A stretch of DNA of 25,314 nucleotides from the IMG/VR virus record IMGVR_UViG_3300005512_000299, positions 1 through 25,314 of that record; one strand, 5' to 3'. The notes below the pieces were generated by a model, which saw only the letters and a program-made list of their open reading frames with translations, was not told the origin of the DNA and did no database searches. Every line of letters begins with the position of its first letter. The stretch's first letter is position 1. Positions 7,233 through 15,745 of the stretch are shown here, piece after piece. The position numbers were made by a program, and so were the translations under genes. This stretch comes from a virus (taxonomy: Duplodnaviria > Caudoviricetes).

Positions 7233-9104
7233 ATGGCAAGATTCAGCGTAGATAAACCAAACGAAGTATCAAAAGCCTATTCTTGGGTAGAAGAGAGGAA
7301 TCAGGGCTTTTACACCTCTTCGCTGTACTCTGAGAAGTGGACAGGGTTTGAGCGTAGGCAGGACGCTTACTATCAAAGACACCGGTCTGATGCCCCTGCT
7401 TGGCGGTCTAAGCTACATTTAGCCACGTTCTTTAATGCCTGTAAGGCTCTAGACGCTCAGTTTAAGGCTTCACATGCTTCTGACCCGTTCATCTTTGTAT
7501 CGCCCGATAATGACAGTACATTCAACCCTGTGAGTGTTGAAAAGGCGGCATTGGCGCAGGCTGACCTGAATCACGACCTTTCGATAGGGAATTTCAGGGA
7601 AAAACTTGATTATATGTATTGGTATGTTGAGATGTGCGGGACTGCTGTGGGTAGGGAGTACATACGGACAGAGCAGGAAAGAAAAATCAACAAAAAGGTT
7701 GTTACAGACCAGTTTGGTGTGCCGAGGCCGATGGATGAAGAGGTTGTATCAAGGAAAGAATACACCGTTACTGACATAATCCACCCGCTGAACTTTGCCC
7801 ACGAGATACACAAGCCTAATTTCAGGGGTTCGGAGTGGGGCGGAACACGGCTCCCTCTTCCGGTGCATGAGATTTACAAAATGGTTGGGCATAAATCGTA
7901 TTATCAGCCCGGAGTAAAGAAGCTGATTAAACTCCTTGAGTCTGGTAAATACACGGGTGTTTCAAGCGGTCAGACAGAGATATATTTGAGGAACCAGAAT
8001 GAGGGTTCCAATCTCTTTGATAATACAGTTGTGGTTTATGACTATTCGGGGCCGCTTAATTACCGCGGGAACGAGGATGACCACGCTTGGTATTACTGTT
8101 TGTATGTTCCAGCGGTTAATGAGTTCTTGAGGATATCAGAGACGCCGTTCAAGCAGCACCCTTTCTGGAAGATGCAGACTTACCCTGACCCTGACGGGCC
8201 GTTTGGTGTTGGGCCTGCTGATATGGTTCTTCCGATTAACTGGCTGGAAAACTCAACGGTTAATCAGTCGATAGACTACGCTAATATAGCTTTAAAGTAC
8301 ATGTATGAAGTACAGCCGGATAATATCACAGTTGGGTTTGATCAGTTAATCGAGGGGCTGCCGCTGGGGATGATTCCGCTTGAGCCTGACATTCAGCCGG
8401 GGTCTGGTGCAATACGCCCTGTTCAGCAGAACACAGCAAATCAGGCTATTTTTCGTGACCAGATGAGCATGATAGAGAAGTATAAGCAGGAGATGGGGCC
8501 GACTTCTCTTTTGAGGGGTAAGGGGTCAAATCAACTCCCGACAGACACCGCAACGGGGATAAGCCTTTTGGCACAAAGGGAAGATGACCAGGTTGCAATG
8601 CTTCAGGCTGGTTGTGACGCTGGGATTCAGCACGGGCTACAGATTAAATTGCAGAACACCGCTGAGTTCTTCAGGGAAGAAAGATTTTCGGAGATAGACC
8701 AAGACGGCAATCAGCGCAGGGTGAGATATTACCCTTATGAATACGGCGGGTTGGACTATTCTTTGAAGGTTAAACGGGAAGTTGGAGACGTTGAAGCCGG
8801 AAAGAACATGAGCTTTTTTAAACTGCTGACATCTCTTGATAATATGGCAATAGCAAGAGGGACACCGATGCCTTTTGATGCGTTGGTTGATGTTAGTAAG
8901 AAGGTTGGCAGGGCATTAGGAATTGATAACGTAGATGAGACTTTTTCAAAGATACAAGAAGCGATGGGCCCGAATATGCCGCCACAAATAGGCGCTCCGG
9001 GGCAACCCCCGGCAATGGCCCCACAGACCCCCGCACCTGTACCGGGAGCACCGGCAGGGGCACTTCCAGAGGGCAACTTAAATGCATTGGCGCAGGCGGT
9101 TTAA
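7233..9104 (+). CDS. portal protein (P22-like/podoviral)
   Basis: 623 aa from ATG 7233, between terminase and scaffold/capsid. It has PDGPFGVGPAD and TDTATGISLL segments and a Pro/Gln/Ala-rich C-terminal tail typical of such portals. Confidence 0.8.
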   Translation: MARFSVDKPNEVSKAYSWVEERNQGFYTSSLYSEKWTGFERRQDAYYQRHRSDAPAWRSKLHLATFFNACKALDAQFKASHASDPFIFVSPDNDSTFNPVSVEKAALAQADLNHDLSIGNFREKLDYMYWYVEMCGTAVGREYIRTEQERKINKKVVTDQFGVPRPMDEEVVSRKEYTVTDIIHPLNFAHEIHKPNFRGSEWGGTRLPLPVHEIYKMVGHKSYYQPGVKKLIKLLESGKYTGVSSGQTEIYLRNQNEGSNLFDNTVVVYDYSGPLNYRGNEDDHAWYYCLYVPAVNEFLRISETPFKQHPFWKMQTYPDPDGPFGVGPADMVLPINWLENSTVNQSIDYANIALKYMYEVQPDNITVGFDQLIEGLPLGMIPLEPDIQPGSGAIRPVQQNTANQAIFRDQMSMIEKYKQEMGPTSLLRGKGSNQLPTDTATGISLLAQREDDQVAMLQAGCDAGIQHGLQIKLQNTAEFFREERFSEIDQDGNQRRVRYYPYEYGGLDYSLKVKREVGDVEAGKNMSFFKLLTSLDNMAIARGTPMPFDALVDVSKKVGRALGIDNVDETFSKIQEAMGPNMPPQIGAPGQPPAMAPQTPAPVPGAPAGALPEGNLNALAQAV

Positions 9105-9384
9105 ATACGTTCCGATTATTAACAGGGACGGCAGAACAGACGCGGAGAAGTGGCAAGACCCCGAATATTTAAGATTGGTCGGGGGGCTGGCAAACAACCA
9201 ACCATTTGTTAGTGAGGTTGTGGGTGCTCTTTTAAAGCTCAGAGACGAGGCAGACAAGGCGAAAAACCCTGACGTGCTCTTGGGTATGCAGGCTGGAATA
9301 ATGGCCCTTAAAGCGCTATTAACGGCCCCCCAGAGGGCAAAAGACCGTCTGGAGGTAATGAGTGTTAGCCGCGCGATTAACTAG
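9082..9384 (+). CDS. hypothetical protein following portal
   Basis: 100 aa helical ORF overlapping the portal end. Confidence 0.6.
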   Translation: MHWRRRFKYVPIINRDGRTDAEKWQDPEYLRLVGGLANNQPFVSEVVGALLKLRDEADKAKNPDVLLGMQAGIMALKALLTAPQRAKDRLEVMSVSRAIN

Positions 9385-9739
9385 GCTTTACAGCCTGTTT
9401 TTCCCTGTTAAAAGGGGGCTTGGGGCGGCAAAGACACGTATTGAGAAGTGCTGTCGGGTTGCTGATTGGCTAAGTGGTGGGATGAAGTTTCATTTCAACT
9501 ACTTTTTCTTTCACGACATTGGGGAATATGACTTTGCTGCTGGGGTTGAGTTGGAAAAATGGGAAAGAAAGACCGTTTTTCATATGAAACACCACCCAGA
9601 CAGGAAATTAGAGCTTGTTTTAAGGAAGATTGTGTTTGAATCTCTTGAATGGGCGGTGTTGAAGCGTGCGGATTTGGGCATTAATTCAAAAATTGATATT
9701 TATTACGACAAAAACCTTGACTTTTCGGTGAAAAGATGA
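9362..9739 (+). CDS. hypothetical protein
   Basis: 125 aa ORF with ATGA overlap into the Com-like gene; start uncertain. Confidence 0.55.
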   Translation: MLAARLTRLYSLFFPVKRGLGAAKTRIEKCCRVADWLSGGMKFHFNYFFFHDIGEYDFAAGVELEKWERKTVFHMKHHPDRKLELVLRKIVFESLEWAVLKRADLGINSKIDIYYDKNLDFSVKR

Positions 9740-9924
9740 AAGATATACGTTGCCCGATATGTAATGCTCTTTGGTTCAGGGCAGATGGAAAGTTTAAGGT
9801 GAATATTCGTTGCCGGAAGTGTGGGCATGATTTCACAAAAAAGTTTGACACGGGTGGGAGTGTAATAAAGGGAGTGCAAACGGGGAGTGTAAAAGATGCC
9901 CAGTTGATGCACATTAGAGTGTAA
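9736..9924 (+). CDS. Mu Com-like zinc-ribbon regulator
   Basis: MKDIRCPICNALWFRADGKFKVNIRCRKCG fits the IRCxxCxxLL...IxCxxC pattern of the Com family. It lies before the head genes. Confidence 0.7.
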   Translation: MKDIRCPICNALWFRADGKFKVNIRCRKCGHDFTKKFDTGGSVIKGVQTGSVKDAQLMHIRV

Positions 9925-10022
9925 AATATAGAACAATACCCGTCAAGCCTCTCCACGATGCTCAAAGCGATGGGTTAGTATACATAAGAGCCCCTTGAGG
10001 GCCCCGTTAATAGAGTCCTTAG

Positions 10023-10077
10023 AGACCCCCTTGGTGGATTGGTATTCTCCTTTCCTACCTTGGGGGTCTTTTTATTT
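10023..10077 (+). terminator. intrinsic terminator- or attenuator-like hairpin upstream of scaffold
   Basis: AGACCCCC (10023-10030) pairs with GGGGGTCT (10062-10069), with an inner GGTGGA/TCCTACC stem and a following TTTTATTT tract. Confidence 0.6.
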
Positions 10078-10094
10078 GAGACCTGGAGGAACAA

Positions 10095-11138
10095 ATGAGC
10101 AGTTTAGCAGAACCAGTTGCCGCAGCAGAACCCACAGAGGCCGTGGACGTTGTAAGTGACATACCGGCTGAAGAGCCCACAACGGAGCCTGTCGAAAGTT
10201 CGTCGGAGCCTGAAGAGGTAAACCAAAGCGAAACAGACACGGGTAAACCGCAGGAGGAAGCAGAAGGTGTGCCGGGAGAGGGTAAACCGGAAGCGGAGCC
10301 CGAAAAAGCCCCGGAAGTTGATGCAGAAATAGCCAAGTGGCTGAAGGCAAAAAACATTGATTCCAAGCGGTATCTTGAAGACCCGCTTGTAAGGTCGATG
10401 GCTGACAGCTACAGAAACTCGGAAGCCTTTGCAATGTCACAGGCTAACAAGTTGAACGAGCTAAAGAAAGCAGAGACGATCCAAGCAGCGGAGACAGTAC
10501 ACCAGGCAACACCAACCGAGCCGGAGCAGTTGACACCCACTCAGGAGCTTGAGAAGCGCTACAGCGATGCGGCGTTGAACATGGCCCACCTTATGGGGTT
10601 TCAGAGTGCGGAAGAGGCGGCACAGGCTTTGGTCAATGCAGGGCTACCGAATGCGTTTGCGAGTCTTCAGAACGGGTATAATGCCCAATATCGGGAGGCG
10701 TTACGGCAGGAGCTTTTGGGCTCTGTACAGGCAGAAAAGGAAGCACAGGCCAAGAAAGAGGCCCAGCAGAAACTTGAAACGGAGTATGGGAGTGTCAAAA
10801 GGGCGGCGCTGGACAACCTGAAGTCATACCGTGACAAAAATAAGGCGTTTGATGTTGCCTTTCAGAAGTCCGGCGCGGCAAAGGTTATGTCAGAGCTTGC
10901 TAAGACATTCAAGGCCCCGGTTGAGTATCTGTATGCACAAAAGCAATGGGTTGATTTTATGGCAAAAGCGTCCGAAGCAATCACAAAGGTATCCGACCCA
11001 AGTTTTGGTTCAAAGAAGGACTTTGAGAAAAGCCTGAAGGAATCAAAAAAGGGAGAGATGCCCGGAAGTCAGTCGCTTCCTGATGACCACGACGCACCAA
11101 TTTTTAAAAACATAGGCAGAGGTACTACACTTAAATAA
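10095..11138 (+). CDS. capsid scaffolding protein
   Basis: Acidic E/P-rich disordered N-terminus, coiled-coil middle, GGAGG RBS, directly upstream of the capsid gene. Confidence 0.75.
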   Translation: MSSLAEPVAAAEPTEAVDVVSDIPAEEPTTEPVESSSEPEEVNQSETDTGKPQEEAEGVPGEGKPEAEPEKAPEVDAEIAKWLKAKNIDSKRYLEDPLVRSMADSYRNSEAFAMSQANKLNELKKAETIQAAETVHQATPTEPEQLTPTQELEKRYSDAALNMAHLMGFQSAEEAAQALVNAGLPNAFASLQNGYNAQYREALRQELLGSVQAEKEAQAKKEAQQKLETEYGSVKRAALDNLKSYRDKNKAFDVAFQKSGAAKVMSELAKTFKAPVEYLYAQKQWVDFMAKASEAITKVSDPSFGSKKDFEKSLKESKKGEMPGSQSLPDDHDAPIFKNIGRGTTLK

Positions 11139-11149
11139 GGGGTTGAATC

Positions 11150-12376
11150 ATGGCAATTACAAGCGCATCAAAGAGCTATGCCAACGCCAATTCGACTGAA
11201 GAGAACGTGAAGAAAGATGTATCTTCCGTCCTTTGGCACGTTGGCGAACCGACCTCCTATCCGCTTCACACTCTTCTTGGTGGAAAACTGTACATTCAGG
11301 GACAGTCCAAACCTCAGGAAGTCGCGGGTAAGGTCAAGAAAGAAACCACAAAACAGCCGGAATACAAGGTCATCGAAAAAGACCCTCTGGCCCGTACCGT
11401 TACGACAAACGGTGCAGTTGCAAGCACTTCCACCACCACGGTGACTCTTGACGCCAACGCAAATCTGCGTGTTGGTGACATGATTAAAAACCGCGAAAGT
11501 GGCGAAGTGTGTTATGTCAGTGCCGTTGATTCTGGTGGTGCTGCTATTACCGTGAGGAGAAATCTCGGCTCGACCAGTTTTAAGGTTGCAGATAATTCGA
11601 CATGGTACATTATGGGTTGCGCGTTCGCAGAAGGTACTGCAAAAGCCTCACAGAAGGCCCAGCTTGCCGCCCCTCGGACACGTTATCTCCAAATTTTCAA
11701 ACGGACTTTCGGTGTTACCGGAACTCTGGATGAATCAAAGTTGGAAACCGAAGACATTGATAGCTGGACTGAAGAAATGACTCAGGCCGCCGTCAATCAC
11801 CGTCTTGACATCGAAAATAGCTGGTGGTTCAATCCCAACGCTGATTCGACCACGGACGCCTCTTCAAACACGGTTTACATTTCACGCGGTATTCTGAACG
11901 AAATCGGCTCGACTTACACGACCAATTACGAAGCCTCGATTGATGAGGATTTCTTTTTTGGTGAGTTTGCCGAAAACGCTTTTGAGTACGGCCCACGGCG
12001 GAAGCAGCTTTTTGTTGACGCTGAGATGATGACCGTGATCGGTTCTTTTGGCCGGACGAAACTCCAGACCAAGAGCACCGACACCAAGTTTGGCTTCAAA
12101 ATGCAGGAAATCGAAACTGGCCACGGCATGTTCGAGATGGTCATGTGCGGCACGTTTGACAAGCACCTTCCGAATGCCCAGAAGGGTATCGCGGTTGTGC
12201 TTGATGTTGAGCGCGTTTGCTACAAAAACCTCCCCAATCGTGACTCGAAGATGGAGATGGATATTCAGACTCCGGGAACCGATGCACGGGAAGGCCAGTT
12301 TGTCACGGAGTGCGGTTTGAGCCTTCGGTCTCTGCCTCACCACCACATTCTCAAAAAGTCTTCACTGACCATCTAA
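11150..12376 (+). CDS. major capsid protein (HK97 fold, SU10/DUF5309-like)
   Basis: 408 aa after the scaffold. It has AFAEG...RYLQIFKRTFGVTGT, HRLDIE, RGIL and C-terminal EGQFVTECGL...HHIL segments typical of this capsid family. Confidence 0.85.
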   Translation: MAITSASKSYANANSTEENVKKDVSSVLWHVGEPTSYPLHTLLGGKLYIQGQSKPQEVAGKVKKETTKQPEYKVIEKDPLARTVTTNGAVASTSTTTVTLDANANLRVGDMIKNRESGEVCYVSAVDSGGAAITVRRNLGSTSFKVADNSTWYIMGCAFAEGTAKASQKAQLAAPRTRYLQIFKRTFGVTGTLDESKLETEDIDSWTEEMTQAAVNHRLDIENSWWFNPNADSTTDASSNTVYISRGILNEIGSTYTTNYEASIDEDFFFGEFAENAFEYGPRRKQLFVDAEMMTVIGSFGRTKLQTKSTDTKFGFKMQEIETGHGMFEMVMCGTFDKHLPNAQKGIAVVLDVERVCYKNLPNRDSKMEMDIQTPGTDAREGQFVTECGLSLRSLPHHHILKKSSLTI

Positions 12377-12391
12377 CACAAGGAGCATAAG

Positions 12392-12910
12392 ATGAAAGCA
12401 GTAAAAATTCTCAGTGCGCTTCTGGTTGTGGCTGGTCTGACTCAGGCGGCAGTAACTGTTGGAAGTGCTGGTAACAACACACGCGGCGTCACGGCGGCAA
12501 ATGTTCGGATTATCGAACTGACCGACGCTGACACCTCGGATGCTGGTGACACTATCAGTGCTGATGCGGTTTCTATTTATGGCCCCTATAAGGTGGCTGA
12601 CGAATACACCGCAGCGCAGTATAAGTCTTTCTCTGTTTATGCACAGGGTGGGCTGATTGCTTCCGGTGACTCCATCGAGATTAGCTATCAGTTGATTTCT
12701 GGAACAAGTCTTGCGGATACAACCGCAACTTGGACGGTTATTGACACGGTTGCGACAGGTGGAAAAGCCTTGGCAAATGTGGACATTTCGGCAAAACCCG
12801 CACGGTCTATCATATTCCGTATTCTGAATATTGACAGTACCCGTGTTGAGATTACCGATTTTATCCGCGTATGTTTTCTGAAGTCAGAAACCTACAACAA
12901 GAATGACTAA
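12392..12910 (+). CDS. secreted protein with Sec signal peptide at the capsid decoration-gene position
   Basis: MKAVKILSALLVVAGLTQA|A and an AAGGAG RBS, located between the capsid gene and a hairpin. Sequons DTI, DSI, DTT, DTV and DST. Confidence 0.8.
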   Translation: MKAVKILSALLVVAGLTQAAVTVGSAGNNTRGVTAANVRIIELTDADTSDAGDTISADAVSIYGPYKVADEYTAAQYKSFSVYAQGGLIASGDSIEISYQLISGTSLADTTATWTVIDTVATGGKALANVDISAKPARSIIFRILNIDSTRVEITDFIRVCFLKSETYNKND

Positions 12911-12940
12911 GAGGAAGGGGGCTTCGGCCCCCCTCCCTTT
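12911..12940 (+). terminator. GC-rich cUUCGg hairpin, probable terminator of the capsid transcript
   Basis: GGGGGC-TTCG-GCCCCC with extended flanking pairing and only a short TTT tail. Confidence 0.65.
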
Positions 12941-12951
12941 GGAGGTATAAG

Positions 12952-13266
12952 ATGCCCAAGAAAAGAGTAAAAGAGGTTAAAAAGCCCACCACTGTCTCTG
13001 GAACTGCGAAGGGTGCACATTCTGGTAATACTGTTGATGTTGATGAGTACAGAAACCAGATAGCCCGCGAGTATGCACCGGAGCCGGTAAAGCCCAAGAA
13101 TGAGGCAAAAACGTTTGTGGGTGCCGGAACGTACTTGCTGACCGCCCCAGACGGAGAAAAGCAGTCTTTTAAGTGGTCAACAGACAACAATTTTAAGGTT
13201 TTGGTTACTGACCCCAAGTGGATTGCAGTGCTTGAGGAAAAAGGCTTTAAAGAGCTGGAGAAATAA
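12952..13266 (+). CDS. hypothetical protein
   Basis: 104 aa with a GGAGG RBS. Confidence 0.7.
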   Translation: MPKKRVKEVKKPTTVSGTAKGAHSGNTVDVDEYRNQIAREYAPEPVKPKNEAKTFVGAGTYLLTAPDGEKQSFKWSTDNNFKVLVTDPKWIAVLEEKGFKELEK

Positions 13267-13898
13267 TGGCGCTTTCTACCACGATAATTAAGAATAGAAT
13301 GGGTCGGGATTCTGCCCTTTTGCTGTTACCTGCACAGGGTGACGATGAGAAGAATGATATCATTGACGATGCCCTTGCTGAGTTTGTTTCTTTTACAGAC
13401 CAGCCGATACTAAGTGCCAACCTGTCTGTAACGGCAAGCGTTGAAGTCTATTCTATACCGGCTACTATACGCAAGGTGGCCTCTATTCGTGATGCAGACA
13501 CAAACACCGTTGTTTATTCAATTGACCGTGAGAGGGGTGAGATAGTGCTTCAGAGCGCCCCTGGTGCCGCCTATACGTTTGTTGTGTACGGAACCCCAGC
13601 AGATCCACAGACCAACAGGGACACGGTTATTGCGGCTATAAGGCCGGATGATATATCGTGTTTCTTTGCGTATATTCGGTGGTCTGCACATGAATGGGCT
13701 GGAGACCCTGCGGCTGATAAGTTTTACGTAAAGGCCCGGACACTTGGTAAACAGGTCAGAAGAAGGGGCAACAGGTCGGTTGATAATCTTTACAAGGTTT
13801 TTGAGCAGTTTGATGTAAAAGGCAGAAGGATTGGTGATTCTGGCAACGCTTCAGGCTTTGATGTTGACATTAACAACCAATATGAGTCTGATTTATGA
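13266..13898 (+). CDS. putative head-tail adaptor (tail tubular protein A-like)
   Basis: 210 aa, located between the capsid region and the nozzle-sized gene; helical N-terminus then YSIP...VASIRD beta segment. Called mainly by synteny. Confidence 0.55.
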   Translation: MALSTTIIKNRMGRDSALLLLPAQGDDEKNDIIDDALAEFVSFTDQPILSANLSVTASVEVYSIPATIRKVASIRDADTNTVVYSIDRERGEIVLQSAPGAAYTFVVYGTPADPQTNRDTVIAAIRPDDISCFFAYIRWSAHEWAGDPAADKFYVKARTLGKQVRRRGNRSVDNLYKVFEQFDVKGRRIGDSGNASGFDVDINNQYESDL

Positions 13899-15745
13899 GC
13901 AAAGGCGGGATGACAAAGCGTGTGTATTCAAAGTTTATGTCCGTTAATGGCGGCGTAGACCAATACCACGACCCTATTAAATTGGCTAATAATAAATGCC
14001 AATCAATGTCTAATTTGTTTATTGACGGGGGAGATGTCACGCTAATGCCCGGAAGAGAGCTTTGGGGGCCGGTGTTCAATGAGCCATTTAGGGGGGTTCA
14101 CGAGTACATTGACTCTGCTGGTGTCTCGAGGCTTTTGGTTGCAAGTGATGGAAATTTGTACGAGGTAGACTCAACGACAAAGACCAGCCGGGACACGGTA
14201 ACAGATGAGCGGCTGCACTTTCACACGTTAAGGGATAAGTGTTTTTACAATGGTTCAACCACCCAAAGAAAACTGGACGGAACTACTAGCTCTGCTGTGG
14301 GCCTTGATGGGCCTGATACTGCTCCAACTCTTGCGGCAGGCGCAGCAGGGGTATTGACCGGAAGTTATGCGTATAAGGTCACTTTTGTTATTGAGAGCGG
14401 TGGTATTAGGGTGTATGAAAGCGACCCAAGCGATTCTTCCAACTCGGTGACACTTTCAAGCGACAAGGGCTCTTTGACAGATGTTCCTGTAAGCACGGAT
14501 GCGAGGGTGAATGCTCGATATATTTACCGGACGTTTGTGGGTGGTGCAAAGTGGTACTATGCCGGGAAAATCTCTGACAACACGACAACGACATACACCG
14601 ACAACCTTGCAGATGCTTCTTTGGGTGATGAGGTAGAAGACACCCACGGTGTACCGACTGCGGCTGAGTTCTCAGAGGGTGCAAACGAAAGGCTTTTCTG
14701 GCTCGATGATGATAAACTGTACTACTCTGAGGTTGCAAGAACTGATGCCTATTTGGAGTATTCAAAGATACTTGCTGGTGTGTCTGTAAGGTTTTTGACT
14801 CTTCCGAACAACGGTAAGGGTAAGGGGTTAAAGAGGCTTTATAACTCAGAGACCGGAAGAGATGATTTGTACGTGTTCGGGGAAGAGTCTATCAACATTC
14901 TTCCGCAGGGAGACCCAAACTTCCAGCTCCAGACCGTCAGAAGGAATGTTGGGCTAAAGCAACAGGACACGATTGTTGAATGGAACCAGAGTCTTGTGTT
15001 TCTGACAAACAAAGAGAGTGTTGGGCTGGTATCTGGCGGGAAATACGTAGACATTGCAGAAAGGTCTATACCTGAGACGTTAAAGGCGGCGTTTAATCAG
15101 GGAGAATACTCGGCAACGCTTTTGAGAGACAATTATTATGCTTTAAGTATACAAAACAATGCCGGAAAGCTATATGGAAATCAAACTTGGCTTTGTGACC
15201 TGAGAACCGCAAGAGAGGTGAGAAACAACCAGGCTGATGCAACGTGGTTTGCATGGGATGTGGATGCTCAGTATTTCATTGAAAGAGAAAACGGGGATAT
15301 ACTTGGATTTGACAACAATGCACGGCAGATATACAGGTATAGGTTTGATTTAACCAAGTTTGCTAATCAGGACGGTTCTAAGAGCAATATTTCATGGTCA
15401 ATGCGAACTAAAGACCATTTTGGTGACTCTTTGTATGTTCGGAAACAGGTTCACAATGTTTCGATTAAAGGGAAGTTTCAGAGAACTTTTTATGTGACCC
15501 CATACGCTGGAACTGGAAATGCGCAGAGCAATGTCGAATATAACCCGATTAAAACTGCATTTGTTGCAGGTACTAGTGTCATGGGTACACCGACAACGGA
15601 ATTTAAAGTATCGACAGAAGGGCAGTTCCCGGCGTCAACGGTTGGTAATACATTCTCGTTTAAGTTCTTTGGGTCTAACGAGGACGCATTTTTTACTTTT
15701 ACGGGCTATCAATTCATCTACATGGCATTTATGAGGGGATTATGA
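13895..15745 (+). CDS. putative tail nozzle / DNA stabilisation protein (tail tubular B or P22 gp10-like)
   Basis: 616 aa beta-propeller-like pattern with N-terminal NGGVD, plus an inserted Ig/FN3-like segment (APTLAAG..YAYKVTFV..ESDPS..RYIYRT..TYTDN). Confidence 0.65.
   Translation: MSKGGMTKRVYSKFMSVNGGVDQYHDPIKLANNKCQSMSNLFIDGGDVTLMPGRELWGPVFNEPFRGVHEYIDSAGVSRLLVASDGNLYEVDSTTKTSRDTVTDERLHFHTLRDKCFYNGSTTQRKLDGTTSSAVGLDGPDTAPTLAAGAAGVLTGSYAYKVTFVIESGGIRVYESDPSDSSNSVTLSSDKGSLTDVPVSTDARVNARYIYRTFVGGAKWYYAGKISDNTTTTYTDNLADASLGDEVEDTHGVPTAAEFSEGANERLFWLDDDKLYYSEVARTDAYLEYSKILAGVSVRFLTLPNNGKGKGLKRLYNSETGRDDLYVFGEESINILPQGDPNFQLQTVRRNVGLKQQDTIVEWNQSLVFLTNKESVGLVSGGKYVDIAERSIPETLKAAFNQGEYSATLLRDNYYALSIQNNAGKLYGNQTWLCDLRTAREVRNNQADATWFAWDVDAQYFIERENGDILGFDNNARQIYRYRFDLTKFANQDGSKSNISWSMRTKDHFGDSLYVRKQVHNVSIKGKFQRTFYVTPYAGTGNAQSNVEYNPIKTAFVAGTSVMGTPTTEFKVSTEGQFPASTVGNTFSFKFFGSNEDAFFTFTGYQFIYMAFMRGL

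Noticed and set aside
9988-10030. Short repeats as a CRISPR array
   Set aside because: The units are only 6-7 nt with no spacer-length intervals, and there are no cas genes.
12352-12391. Possible -1 frameshift at C-AAA-AAG near the capsid gene end
   Set aside because: It is not a full slippery heptamer, and the -1 frame stops (TAA) before the next gene, so no fusion results.
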